Positions 52,680 to 62,772 are shown, counted from the first letter of the stretch. The stretch: 64,000 nucleotides of DNA from an uncultured Gammaproteobacteria bacterium (GCA_964383495.1 CAYLHG010000006.1:2214-66213); one strand, 5' to 3'. The notes: generated by a model from the letters alone, not told the origin. Translations and numbers: made by a program.

Positions 52680-54648
52680 TTACTGCTTCTTATCCTTCAC
52701 TTCTTCAAACTCCGCATCCACTGCATCACCATCACCGCTTGCAGCACCTGCAGTATCTTGGCCAGCATCTGCTGCGCCGGCAGCACCCGCGCCACCCGCT
52801 GCGTAAAGTTTCTCAGCCATTTTACCAGAAGCATCTGTCAACGTTTGAAGTTTTGCTTCAATTAACGATTTATCATCAGATTTTATCGCTTCTTTCAGCT
52901 CATTAATCGCTGCTTCAATGGTTGTACGCTCATCAGCAGATACTTTATCGCCCGCCTCTTTCATGGATTTCGTCACAGAGTGAATCATTGCATCCGCTTG
53001 GTTACGTGTTTCCACTAAGGCTTTAAACTTCTCATCTTCAGCAGCGTGAAGCTCTGCTTCTTTCACCATTTTCTGAATTTCTTCATCAGATAAACCACTG
53101 GATGCACGAATTACAATCGATTGCTGTTTGCCCGTTGCTTTATCTTTAGCAGATACATTCAAAATACCATTGGCATCAATATCAAATGTTACTTCAACTT
53201 GAGGAACGCCACGCGGCGCAGGCGGAATATCACTCAGATCAAAACGTCCTAATGATTTATTGCCTTCTGCATTTGCACGCTCACGCTCGCCTTGCACAAC
53301 ATGAACAGTTACCGCAGTTTGATTATCATCAGCCGTTGAAAACACTTGCGAGTGTTTTGTCGGAATCGTTGAATTTTTTTCAATCAATTTCGTCAATACA
53401 CCACCCATCGTTTCAATACCTAATGATAATGGTGTTACGTCTAATAAAAGAATATCTTTCACGCTACCGGACAATACACCTGCTTGAATAGCAGCGCCAA
53501 TCGCTACTGCTTCATCAGGGTTCACATCACGACGTGCTTCTTTACCAAAAATTTGCTTCACCGCTTCTTGCACTTTTGGCATACGCGTTTGTCCGCCCAC
53601 CACAATCACATCACTGATTTTATCCGCTGTTAAACCAGAATCTTTCAATGCTGTTTTGCAAGGGTTAATCGTGCGCTCAATTAAATCTTCCACTAACGAT
53701 TCTAATTTTGCGCGTGTCATCTTGATATTCAAATGCTTTGGCCCAGTGGCGTCAGCAGTAATGTAAGGCAAATTAACATCTGTTTGTTGCAAAGAAGATA
53801 ATTCAATTTTCGCCTTTTCAGCAGCTTCTTTCAAACGTTGCAATGCCAGCGGATCATTGCGCAAATCAATCCCTTGTTCTTTCTTGAATTCTTCCACTAA
53901 GAAATCAATGATACGCATATCGAAATCTTCACCACCTAAGAAAGTATCACCATTGGTGGCCAATACTTCAAATTGATGCTCGCCTTCCACTTCTGCAATT
54001 TCAATGATGGAAATATCAAACGTACCACCGCCCAAATCGTACACAGCAATTCTAGAATCACCCTTTGCTTTATCCATGCCATACGCCAATGCAGCGGCAG
54101 TGGGCTCGTTGATGATACGCTTTACTTCTAGCCCGGCAATACGCCCAGCGTCTTTGGTGGCTTGACGTTGAGAATCATTGAAGTAAGCAGGTACAGTGAT
54201 CACTGCTTCAGTCACTTCTTCACCCAAATATTCTTCTGCTGTTTGCTTCATCTTGATCAATACTTCAGCAGATACTTGTGCAGGCGCTTTGGGTTCAGCA
54301 GGCTTGCCTTCAAGTTGCACCTCAACCCACGCATCGCCATTGTTCGCCGGGATGATTTTGTAAGGAACCATTTTGATGTCACGTTGCACTACTTCGTCTT
54401 TAAAAGAACGGCCAATCAAACGCTTGATTGCATAAAACGTATTGGTTGGGTTAGTCACTGATTGACGTTTCGCAGGCGCGCCCACTAATTTTTGACCATC
54501 TTTGGTGTAAGCAACGATAGAAGGTGTTGTTCTCATCCCTTCTGTGTTCGCAATCACGGTGACTTTGCCACCTTTATCTAATACCGCCACGCAAGAATTC
54601 GTGGTACCTAAGTCAATACCTATCACATGTTTAGCCATCATTATTCTC
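52680..54648 (-). CDS. dnaK: Chaperone DnaK (Hsp70)
   Basis: [22 protein letters not shown] and other Hsp70 signatures; ORF track begins at TTG 54692, but ATG(ATG) at 54651/54648 giving [11 protein letters not shown] is the canonical N-terminus. Confidence 0.95.
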
Positions 54649-54665
54649 CACTGTTGATGTTCAGG

Positions 54666-54693
54666 ATATGGGGGCGCTTTCGCGCTTTTCAAG
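54666..54693 (-). promoter_or_regulatory. sigma32 heat-shock promoter of dnaK (CTTGAAAA - 13 nt - CCCCCATAT)
   Basis: Reverse complement reads aaCTTGAAAAgcgcgaaagcgCCCCCATATcc, matching the E. coli sigma32 consensus CTTGAAA-N13-15-CCCCATNT. Confidence 0.6.
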
Positions 54694-54694
54694 T

Positions 54695-55255
54695 TTACTC
54701 AGCTGCTTTTGATACAATCACACGCGCTGGCCTGATTAAGCGACCGTGCAGTAAATAACCCTTCTGGACCACCGTCAACACAGTGCCTGCAGCATGATCG
54801 TTGCTGGGTTGCATGACCATGGCCTCATGGTGTGTAGGGTCGAAAGGCTCGTTGAGTGGGTCAACCACTTCTACGTTGAATTTTACTAACGTATTCAAAA
54901 ACATTTTCAACGTCAGTTCCATGCCGTGATGAAGCGCTTTGGCATGCTCAATACTGTCGGCGGGTGTTGCCAACCCTTGTTCTAAGCTGTCAATGACAGG
55001 AATTAAGTCTTTCACAAAAGGCTCAAGAGCATATTTGTGGGCGTGCTCAATATCGCGCTGCGTGCGTTTTTGAAGGTTTTCCATCTCTGCGCGGGTGCGT
55101 AATGCCAGCTCCCAGTTCTCTTTTGCTTTTTGCTCTGCTTCCGTCAGCTTTTTGGCGAGATCAAGCTCGCTGCCATCCGGGGCTTTTTCCTTGAATTCTG
55201 GAGGGGTTACCTCTGTGTCAAACTTTAACTCCTCGGAATGATCTTTCTTGCTCAT
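54695..55255 (-). CDS. grpE: Nucleotide exchange factor GrpE
   Basis: 186 aa, GrpE coiled-coil and C-terminal beta domain; upstream of dnaK. Confidence 0.9.
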   Translation of the reverse strand: MSKKDHSEELKFDTEVTPPEFKEKAPDGSELDLAKKLTEAEQKAKENWELALRTRAEMENLQKRTQRDIEHAHKYALEPFVKDLIPVIDSLEQGLATPADSIEHAKALHHGMELTLKMFLNTLVKFNVEVVDPLNEPFDPTHHEAMVMQPSNDHAAGTVLTVVQKGYLLHGRLIRPARVIVSKAAE

Positions 55256-55274
55256 GCTGTTGTCTCCTGTATGG

Positions 55275-55302
55275 GCTAGAAAGCATATGGGGGCTTTATT
55301 GA
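55275..55302 (-). promoter_or_regulatory. sigma32 heat-shock promoter of grpE (CTTGAAAA - 13 nt - CCCCCATAT)
   Basis: Reverse complement reads ggCTTGAAAAtatcaataaagCCCCCATATgc; same architecture as the dnaK promoter. Confidence 0.6.
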
Positions 55303-55346
55303 TATTTTCAAGCCTTTTAACGCCGCGAGGGGTGTTTTGCGTAAGT
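55300..55346. repeat. 47-nt element, copy A (AAGCCTTTTAACGCCGCGAGG + GGTGTTTTGCGTAAGTCCTGTGTTGG), in the grpE/nadK divergent region
   Basis: First 21 nt identical and 38 of 47 nt overall identical to copy B at 56398-56444. Confidence 0.8.
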
Positions 55347-55378
55347 CCTGTGTTGGATTATAATAAAGCTAACAATCA

Positions 55379-56302
55379 TTGGAGAAACCCATGCAACCCC
55401 ATTTTAAACGCATCGCTTTGATGGGCCGTTATAGCACCCAAAGTACCCATCAAACCCTCGAAAAACTCGTGGCGTTCTTCACCACCCAACCAGTTGAACT
55501 TTTTATTGAAGCTGATACCGCCAGCCATATTCCTCCAATTTCCCTTCCCACGCTCACCACTGCTGACTTTGGCAACAAAGTGGATCTTGTCATTGTGGTT
55601 GGGGGCGACGGCAGTTTACTGAATGCTGCGCATGCTGTGGTGGATAATCATATTCCTGTGATTGGCGTTAACCGAGGCCTACTGGGGTTTTTAACCGATA
55701 TTTCTCCCGATAATATCGAGCAACATTTCGGCGCCATTCTTCAAGGAGAATTTGTAGAAGAAACACGCTTTCTTTTAGAAGCACATTTATACATGGAAGG
55801 AAAAGCCTCGCCTATCGGTATCGCACTGAATGATGTCGTACTTTACGCAGGCGAAATTGCGCGCATGATTGAATTTGAAATGTACATTGATGGCCAATTC
55901 GTTTACAGCCAGCGATCAGATGGGCTGATTATTGCTACACCTACGGGTTCCACCGCCTATGCGTTATCGGCAGGTGGGCCCATTTTGCACCCTTCGTTAG
56001 AATCCATTGTATTAGTGCCAATGTTCCCACACACGCTCACTTCTCGTCCCATTGCTGTGAGCAGTGAATCTGTAGTTGAATTACGTGTAGCACGAACACA
56101 ATCCTCGAACCATCCGGCTATCAGTTGTGATGGTCAAGCACTGGTTGCGCTTTCCCCTGGTGCTACTTTGAAAGTGACGCGCAAAAAAAATAAACTTAAG
56201 TTGATTCACCCAGCCGATTACGATTATTATCATACGCTACGGACTAAGCTTGAATGGGGAACGCCTCTAAAAAGCAAATATTTTAGGACTTACGCAAAAT
56301 GA
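55379..56302 (+). CDS. nadK: NAD kinase
   Basis: GGDGS(L/M) motif, NE/DGxxxxTxxGSTAYSxSAGGP motif; grpE-nadK-recN-bamE synteny as in E. coli. Confidence 0.9.
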   Translation: MEKPMQPHFKRIALMGRYSTQSTHQTLEKLVAFFTTQPVELFIEADTASHIPPISLPTLTTADFGNKVDLVIVVGGDGSLLNAAHAVVDNHIPVIGVNRGLLGFLTDISPDNIEQHFGAILQGEFVEETRFLLEAHLYMEGKASPIGIALNDVVLYAGEIARMIEFEMYIDGQFVYSQRSDGLIIATPTGSTAYALSAGGPILHPSLESIVLVPMFPHTLTSRPIAVSSESVVELRVARTQSSNHPAISCDGQALVALSPGATLKVTRKKNKLKLIHPADYDYYHTLRTKLEWGTPLKSKYFRTYAK

Positions 56303-56397
56303 CAAAAAGCCGTCAACAGGACACCCGCAAAACGTGGATCGCAAGGCAAAAGGCGACGAAAAAACGCAGCATAGATCAACTATGTGAGCATTTTGAG

Positions 56398-56444
56398 AAG
56401 CCTTTTAACGCCGCGAGGCGCATTCTACGTAAGTCCTGTATTTT
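56398..56444. repeat. 47-nt element, copy B, directly upstream of recN
   Basis: Direct repeat of copy A. Confidence 0.8.
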
Positions 56445-56464
56445 CCACCTTCCCAGGAATAACC

Positions 56465-58117
56465 ATGCTAACGCATATTCATATTCGCCATTTTGCTATT
56501 ATTGATGAGCTGGATTTAGAATTGTATCCGGGCATGACTGTCATGACCGGTGAAACAGGTGCAGGTAAATCTATCATGATTGATGCACTCTCTTTATGCA
56601 TGGGTGAACGCGCTGATGCCAGTTTTGTACGTGCAGGTTTTGAGCGCGCAGAAATCAGTGTCACCCTTGATATCACTGCTCTGCCTACGGTGCAAACCTG
56701 GCTGACTGAGCATGAATTAAATCAAGAAGAAAAAGAATGCGTGATTCGTCGCACTATATTGTCTGATGGCCGGTCTCGAGCCTATATTAATGGCGAATCG
56801 GTGCCGCTTTCTACATTAAAATCGCTCTCGCGATTACTTATTGATATTCATAGTCAACATGCCCATCACGCTTTATTTAAAACAGAAACACATCGTTATT
56901 TATTAGATGTATTTGGAAAACATATGCAGGATGCACAATTGGTGCATCAAGCCTATCATTCGCTCAAACAATTAAAAGAGAAACATGCGACATTAGTGAT
57001 GAATGAATCTCAAAAAACGGATGAAATGGATTTATTACGATTTCAATTAAATGAACTAGAAACATTGCATTTAAAAACAAATGAATGGAACACATTAACA
57101 GCTCAACACGATAAACTTTCAAAAGGCGATGAACTATTATCCTATATTCAATCCATTTTACAATTATTAAATGAAGATGCTTCTGTTACAATATTGTTAT
57201 CTCGAATCCAAAGTCAGTGCGAAGCATTAATCAAATTAGATGCTGCGCTTGAACCTGTTACAACAATGTTAGAAGAAGCAAGAATTAATTGTGTAGAAGT
57301 CATCAACACATTGAATGCATATGCACAAAAAATGGATACCGATTCATCACATCTTGAAGAAATCAATGCACGCTTAAGTGTATTGCATGAAATGTCACGA
57401 AAACATCGTGTAGCACCTGAAGCATTGTCAGAAAAATTATCTACGATTACTAAAAAGCTAAACACATTAGATTCTCAGTCAGCAGAAATATCAATACTTG
57501 CTGACATGATTATAAGCAAAGAAAAAGAGTATGAAAATTTATGCGATATTTTATCCAAAAAACGCAAAAAGGCAGCACCTTTATTAAACGAAGCTATCAC
57601 AGATTCTATGCAACAATTAGGTATGCCAGGCGGTACTTTTTTTGTGGGGTTTGAACCATTAGAAGCCTTTGGCGCTTATGGTGCAGAGCAAGTTGTTTTT
57701 ATGGTGAATACAAATCCGGGTGCTACACCTGCGCCCCTTCATAAAATTGCTTCGGGTGGTGAATTGTCGCGTATTTCATTAGCATTACAAGTGCTGATTG
57801 TACAAGATGATAGTTTACCTGTGATTGTATTTGATGAGGTGGATGTAGGTATTGGTGGTGGCACAGCAGAAATTGTCGGGCAATTATTGCACGCATTAGG
57901 AGAAAAAGCACAGGTATTATGTGTAACGCATTTGCCACAGGTCGCGGCACAAGGAGATCACCATTTTTATATTTCCAAACAAACGGAAAACAGCACAACA
58001 CGCACCCAAGTGACTGTGCTAGATAGGAATGGTCGCGTACATGAGCTGGCTCGAATGCTGGGCGGCGTGAAAATTACGGAAAAAACCTTGCAGCATGCGA
58101 GTGAGATGCTGGGGTGA
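56465..58117 (+). CDS. recN: DNA repair protein RecN
   Basis: MLTHIHIRHFAIIDELDLEL..GMTVMTGETGAGKSI Walker A; long coiled-coil; C-terminal signature; start re-placed at ATG 56465. Confidence 0.9.
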   Translation: MLTHIHIRHFAIIDELDLELYPGMTVMTGETGAGKSIMIDALSLCMGERADASFVRAGFERAEISVTLDITALPTVQTWLTEHELNQEEKECVIRRTILSDGRSRAYINGESVPLSTLKSLSRLLIDIHSQHAHHALFKTETHRYLLDVFGKHMQDAQLVHQAYHSLKQLKEKHATLVMNESQKTDEMDLLRFQLNELETLHLKTNEWNTLTAQHDKLSKGDELLSYIQSILQLLNEDASVTILLSRIQSQCEALIKLDAALEPVTTMLEEARINCVEVINTLNAYAQKMDTDSSHLEEINARLSVLHEMSRKHRVAPEALSEKLSTITKKLNTLDSQSAEISILADMIISKEKEYENLCDILSKKRKKAAPLLNEAITDSMQQLGMPGGTFFVGFEPLEAFGAYGAEQVVFMVNTNPGATPAPLHKIASGGELSRISLALQVLIVQDDSLPVIVFDEVDVGIGGGTAEIVGQLLHALGEKAQVLCVTHLPQVAAQGDHHFYISKQTENSTTRTQVTVLDRNGRVHELARMLGGVKITEKTLQHASEMLG

Positions 58118-58139
58118 CCTCACCACTACGAATAATTCA

Positions 58140-58445
58140 CTACTCTACAATACGAACAACCTTGCCTTCCTCAAAATAAATCGTCAATTTCTTATGCACA
58201 GGATCTTTAAACTTCTCTTTGTAATAATAAACATAATCATACCGGTTGTACCCAAAACTATCGTGCGAAATAGGGGCGCCTAATAAAAATTCTACCTGCT
58301 CTTGTGTCATCCCCAACTCAAGTTGGTCCATTTTGTCTGCCTCAAGCAAGTTTCCTTGCTGCATAGGAGGTTTATGCACAATAGAAAACCCACCACTCTG
58401 ACACCCTAATAAAGCCACACATAATAATATCAGCAATCTTTTCAC
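58140..58445 (-). CDS. bamE: Outer membrane protein assembly factor BamE (SmpA/OmlA lipoprotein)
   Basis: Lipobox LLGC, about 100 aa; downstream of recN as in E. coli. Confidence 0.8.
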   Translation of the reverse strand: MKRLLILLCVALLGCQSGGFSIVHKPPMQQGNLLEADKMDQLELGMTQEQVEFLLGAPISHDSFGYNRYDYVYYYKEKFKDPVHKKLTIYFEEGKVVRIVE

Positions 58446-58517
58446 AAACTATCCCCCTGTATTAGACTCAAGCTATGTTACCATAGTCAGGTAAAACCAA
58501 AAAGCAAAGGAGCACTC

Positions 58518-58934
58518 GTGGATAACAACGATTTACGCAAAGCTGGGCTCAAAGTAACACTCCCTCGTCTGCGCATTCTTCAAATGCTGGCTGACGCACC
58601 TGATAAGCATTTAAGTGCAGAAGACATTTACAAGGGCTTACTGGATATGGGAGATGAAGTAGGGTTAGCAACTGTATACCGCGTGCTCACGCAGTTTGAG
58701 GCAGCAGGCCTTGTGCAACGCTTGAACTTTGAAAGCGGGCAAGCAGTGTTTGAGCTGAATAAAGGGTCACATCATGATCATTTAGTCTGTACGAAGTGCA
58801 ACGCCGTAGAAGAATTTGTAGACGAAGTGATCGAAGCACGCCAAAAAGCCATTGCAGAAAAATTTGGGTATGAAATGACTGATCACGCCCTGAATATTTT
58901 TGGAATATGCAGAGCGTGTCGATCTCAGGGATGA
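58518..58934 (+). CDS. fur: Ferric uptake regulator Fur
   Basis: RxxILxxL HTH region, HHDHLxC...CxxC metal sites; GTG start with RBS AAAGGAG. Confidence 0.9.
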   Translation: MDNNDLRKAGLKVTLPRLRILQMLADAPDKHLSAEDIYKGLLDMGDEVGLATVYRVLTQFEAAGLVQRLNFESGQAVFELNKGSHHDHLVCTKCNAVEEFVDEVIEARQKAIAEKFGYEMTDHALNIFGICRACRSQG

Positions 58935-58943
58935 TAGATTGGT

Positions 58944-59360
58944 TTACAGAGGCTTAAAAGGCTTAGCCCAATCCCCTTTTTGATTCCGCGTATCATGTTT
59001 ACGTTCCTGATCGGGATCTCGTTTGTATTCCTCACCATCCGGTACTATATCACCATCAAAATCATTCTCAAAAATCATCATATCGGCATCGTCATCACTC
59101 TCTTCTGAATAGTCTGAATTATCTTCACTGGAATGACGCTTTCTCGGCTCTAGCACGGGGGCGGCAAAATGAAGCGAAGAAGGCTGATTTTGATTAAAAC
59201 TCTTAGAAGAAAAACTATTAGGTGGCGGCGGTGGAGACACAGCGTGTTTTATAGAAATAGGTGCAGTAAGCGCATGATGCAATGGCTGCATATCCCAATA
59301 CTGTTGGTTGGTTGAGCCATTCTGCGTATCTTTGCCCGTAAAAGATTTTGTAGATTTCAT
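58944..59360 (-). CDS. Hypothetical acidic, low-complexity protein (138 aa)
   Basis: ORF only; Pro-rich and D/E-rich (SEESDDDADMMIFENDFDGD), no TM helices or signal peptide. Confidence 0.4.
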   Translation of the reverse strand: MKSTKSFTGKDTQNGSTNQQYWDMQPLHHALTAPISIKHAVSPPPPPNSFSSKSFNQNQPSSLHFAAPVLEPRKRHSSEDNSDYSEESDDDADMMIFENDFDGDIVPDGEEYKRDPDQERKHDTRNQKGDWAKPFKPL

Positions 59361-59383
59361 TACTCATATTCCTTTTATCTAAA

Positions 59384-59421
59384 AAAATAACTTATGCCAT
59401 ATTGATGACATAAGTTATTTT
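59384..59421. repeat. AT-rich 13-bp perfect inverted repeat (AAAATAACTTATG / 12-nt loop / CATAAGTTATTTT); possible weak terminator for the gene ending at 59438
   Basis: Seen in sequence; on the minus strand it is followed by a T-rich run. Confidence 0.4.
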
Positions 59422-59437
59422 ATCACACTCATTATTT

Positions 59438-59878
59438 TTATTCATGCCTCCGCATATCTTTTACTGGAATATTTTGCACGGTAGAAGTAGATTTATCTGA
59501 ATATGTAATGAGCAGTGTAACGTTATCTGTAGGCACCAAAGGCTCAGGCATTCCCATTAACATTAAATGTTCACCGCCTGGTTGTAAAATTAATTTTCCA
59601 TGCGCAGGAACTACCAACTCATGCAGGTGCTCCATACGCGCGCGTCCCTTTTTTTCTACCGTTTTATGCATCATTACAGTGGCTGCATCTTCACTGGCAA
59701 CGCCTACGATAGTGATGGGTTTATCGCTTTTATTTTCAATGATCATATACGCTGCTGTTGAAGTTTGTTCTGGCGCCATGGCACGAATATAGGCTTCCGT
59801 ATATGTCACATGATGAGACATACATGCAAAGGAAACCATTGGAAATAATAACCCTATTGTGCATAACAATTTTTTCAT
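59438..59878 (-). CDS. Periplasmic copper chaperone PCu(A)C family (DUF461-like)
   Basis: Signal peptide MKKLLCTIGLLFPMVSFA; size about 146 aa; H...M-rich C-terminal motif region (MMHKT...HGKLILQPGGEHLMLMGM) typical of PCuAC; start re-placed at ATG 59878 with RBS GGAG. Confidence 0.55.
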   Translation of the reverse strand: MKKLLCTIGLLFPMVSFACMSHHVTYTEAYIRAMAPEQTSTAAYMIIENKSDKPITIVGVASEDAATVMMHKTVEKKGRARMEHLHELVVPAHGKLILQPGGEHLMLMGMPEPLVPTDNVTLLITYSDKSTSTVQNIPVKDMRRHE

Positions 59879-59918
59879 CAAAAATGCTCCTTCAGTGTAC
59901 ACTCTTCATCTCAAACGC

Positions 59919-61160
59919 TTACTGTATAGGAGGCGCGGGCCTCGTGGAAAGAGACATATTTTTCTTTTTCCGCTCTTCCGCTGAAAGCTCGGAAGCCATA
60001 TCAGCAGGTTGAGGTAAGCTCACCTTTAACGCACTTGCAATTCCTCTTGTTGCAACCTGACGTAATTCATTCGGCTGTACGCCTAACCAATCAGCTTGTG
60101 TTGCTAAATCATCTGTAGGATTTTGTTGGGTTGGTTCAGGCTTATTCTGAAGTGTAAAGGGACTGTTCGCGCTTAATGTAGCTTCATGACGCACATGCTG
60201 CCCGGTCACAGACGTAGGCGCATTCTTGAATGAACTCTGAACGTATTGTGCTTGGGCTTCACCTGAATTTATTGCATCAGAAGTCATATCAAAAGTAGGG
60301 CTCACATCACTGGGCACAGGCCCAACTAAAGGTGCAGGATTGTTCGTTTGCGTAGCCCATGCTTTTAATGCAGCTAAGTCCGCTTCTACCGCCTTTTCCA
60401 ATGTTTGTGCCAGTTTAGCTATTTTTTGCACATGCGTATTAAAATCTTGTGCTAATAAATCTGGCGAAACAGCTTCGTGTGTTTTTCCAATATGCAACAA
60501 TCCTCGTGCCAAACGATCCACAAATTGTTTTGCAAGCACCATATTGTCGCTGACTTTATTGTCCACGCTATGTTCAAGTGTGACCAAGTGAGAGAGCAAC
60601 CCTTCTGAAATTTCAGCATGCTTAGCAAGCGCCTCATGATCCGCTTCAGGAATAGGCGTATCCATGGCAGCATAAAAGGCGTCAACACCCACCTCTACCG
60701 CTAAAGAGGCCAGCGTCAATTCATAAGCTGAAGCATAAATGGCAGCCCATGCCCTAGCAACACTCTCTGGATGTGCTGTATACGTATCTCTAACGTGCGT
60801 TTGTGTCTCATCAGGCCGCATACTTTCCAGGATATCATCGAGTTGATCATCATAAGCTTCTTGCATGGTGTAAAATTCTTCTTGTCGGCGCTTCTCTTCT
60901 ACTTCTGCTGCTGCACGTTTGCGAGCCTCTGCCACCCATTTCGCCATTTCTCCTTGTTGCTGCTCTTGGAGGTTGATGTTAATCTGCATGTATGTTGCCG
61001 CATACTCCCTCAAGGCAAGTAATTGCTGTGCGGACCAGTAAAGGTTTTTCAACGGGTTAGGGTGTGGGGAAGCTAAAATCTGCTGCCACGTTAACCGTGG
61101 TGCGAAAGGGAGTTCATAAATTTTAGGCTTCAAGGCAAGTACTGCAACAGGCATACTCAT
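59919..61160 (-). CDS. Hypothetical protein (413 aa), Gln/Ala/Glu-rich with predicted helical and coiled-coil character
   Basis: ORF only; no recognizable motif. Confidence 0.45.
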   Translation of the reverse strand: MSMPVAVLALKPKIYELPFAPRLTWQQILASPHPNPLKNLYWSAQQLLALREYAATYMQININLQEQQQGEMAKWVAEARKRAAAEVEEKRRQEEFYTMQEAYDDQLDDILESMRPDETQTHVRDTYTAHPESVARAWAAIYASAYELTLASLAVEVGVDAFYAAMDTPIPEADHEALAKHAEISEGLLSHLVTLEHSVDNKVSDNMVLAKQFVDRLARGLLHIGKTHEAVSPDLLAQDFNTHVQKIAKLAQTLEKAVEADLAALKAWATQTNNPAPLVGPVPSDVSPTFDMTSDAINSGEAQAQYVQSSFKNAPTSVTGQHVRHEATLSANSPFTLQNKPEPTQQNPTDDLATQADWLGVQPNELRQVATRGIASALKVSLPQPADMASELSAEERKKKNMSLSTRPAPPIQ

Positions 61161-61255
61161 CCCCTTATTTTTGAAAATGACTGATATGGAAGTATAACAT
61201 ATATTTTAAAACCCCTTGACACCTCAGGGAGTTATAGGCAGAATAGTCACTCCAT

Positions 61256-61329
61256 GGCTATGTAGCTCAGCCGGTTAGAGCGCGGCACTCATAATGCTGA
61301 GGTCGGTGGTTCGAGTCCACCCATAGCCA
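61256..61329 (+). tRNA. tRNA-Met (anticodon CAT, elongator type)
   Basis: Cloverleaf: acceptor GGCTATG/CATAGCC, D arm TAGCTCAGCCGGTTAGAGCG, anticodon loop CTCATAA, T arm GGTTCGAGTCC; closely resembles E. coli metT. Confidence 0.9.
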
Positions 61330-61337
61330 GAAAAAAT

Positions 61338-62120
61338 TCAACGTGCCGGAATGGCTTGCCCCTGAAATAACTCCTCCGCTTTCTCAAGCACCGCTTGTGA
61401 ATGCAAAGCTTCTACTAAGGCTTTTACTCGCGCATCCTTCTCAAACCCTTGGCGCACCACCACCACATTTGCATATGGAGAATGTTGATCTTCCGTCAGT
61501 AAAGCATCTCTGCTCGGCAGCAATCCACCCATCAAGCTATAATTCGTGTTAATCACTGCCAAACCAACATCAGGTAATACGCGCGGCAACTGCGCTGCCT
61601 CTAATGCGATGATCTCCAACTGTTTAGGATTATTTTCAATATCTGCTATTGTCACACTGTAAATATCTTTATGCTTTAACGTAATAAGCTTCGCTTTTTC
61701 TAATAATAATAATGCTCGCGCATTATTACTGGGGTCGTTAGGAATGGCGACCTTGGCTTTGTCCGGCAATGTTTGCAACGTATAATGTTGCGAGTAAATA
61801 CCCATTGGGTACACAAATGTTTTTGCAACTGCTATCAAATGTGCATTAGGGTGTGCTTTCAAATAATGCTCTAAATAAACTTCATGTTGAAATACATTCG
61901 CATCTAATGAACCATCTACTAAGGCAGTATTCGGTAAAATATAATCCGCAAATGTCATGATTTGAATATCCAAACCCGATTGTTCTAGTGCCACTTTTTG
62001 CGCTACTTTCATCAGATCAGTTTCAGGACCTGAAACGGTGCCTACGCGCAAGCGGCTCAGATCATCGTGAGAAGAGCAAGATAGCAATAATAAGCTCAAT
62101 AATAATGCGATAACCCTCAT
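61338..62120 (-). CDS. metQ: Methionine ABC transporter substrate-binding lipoprotein
   Basis: Lipobox LLLSCS, NlpA/MetQ family blocks. Confidence 0.85.
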   Translation of the reverse strand: MRVIALLLSLLLLSCSSHDDLSRLRVGTVSGPETDLMKVAQKVALEQSGLDIQIMTFADYILPNTALVDGSLDANVFQHEVYLEHYLKAHPNAHLIAVAKTFVYPMGIYSQHYTLQTLPDKAKVAIPNDPSNNARALLLLEKAKLITLKHKDIYSVTIADIENNPKQLEIIALEAAQLPRVLPDVGLAVINTNYSLMGGLLPSRDALLTEDQHSPYANVVVVRQGFEKDARVKALVEALHSQAVLEKAEELFQGQAIPAR

Positions 62121-62139
62121 TTTTCCCTCCGCAAAAAAG

Positions 62140-62772
62140 CTAACGCTTATAGTTAGAAATCATATCCCCCAACACCTGAATAGACTGTACCAATACTACC
62201 AAAATTACCGTTGTTGATAACATCACTTCTGCATTAAAATGCTGATACCCTTCATTGTACGCCAGCGTTCCCAATCCACCACCACCGACCACACCTGCCA
62301 TTGCAGAATATCCAATTAATGTGATCAGCAACATTGTCCATGCACGAATTAATCCTGGCCTTGCTTCGGGCAATACCATGTGGCGCAATATTTGCCCAGC
62401 AGTGGCGCCCATCGACTTGCCTGCTTCTAACAATCCTGGGGGTAATTCCACAAACACTGATTCACTCAAACGTGCGTATAAAGGGATCGCGGCCAATGTA
62501 AGCGGCACGATCGCTGCGTTTGTTCCAATCGAAGTACCTACCATTACACGCGTCACTGGAATTAAAATAATCATGAAAATAATAAAAGGGATAGAGCGAA
62601 TAACGTTCGCTACCATGCTGACGAAGCGGTACATATTAGGCTTTGCAAATAAATGCGTACTGGAAGTAGCATACATCCACAATCCTAAATATAAACCTAT
62701 CACTCCTGCAATAATACCTGAAACAAATACCATATATAATGTTTCTAACGTAGCTTTAATCAAAGGAAACAT
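62140..62772 (-). CDS. metI: Methionine ABC transporter permease
   Basis: 210 aa, 5 TM helices, EAA-like loop (EAGKSMGAT). Confidence 0.9.
   Translation of the reverse strand: MFPLIKATLETLYMVFVSGIIAGVIGLYLGLWMYATSSTHLFAKPNMYRFVSMVANVIRSIPFIIFMIILIPVTRVMVGTSIGTNAAIVPLTLAAIPLYARLSESVFVELPPGLLEAGKSMGATAGQILRHMVLPEARPGLIRAWTMLLITLIGYSAMAGVVGGGGLGTLAYNEGYQHFNAEVMLSTTVILVVLVQSIQVLGDMISNYKR

Noticed and set aside
56420-56465. Possible LexA (SOS) box upstream of recN
   Set aside because: The sequence CTGTATTTTCCACCTTCCCAGG has CTGT...CAG, but with 14-nt spacing rather than the CTGT-N8-ACAG of gammaproteobacterial LexA boxes; not convincing.
59384-59421. Fur box at the AT-rich palindrome downstream of fur
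   Set aside because: Only vague resemblance (TGATGACAT) to the GATAATGATAATCATTATC consensus; better explained as a weak terminator or AT-rich hairpin.
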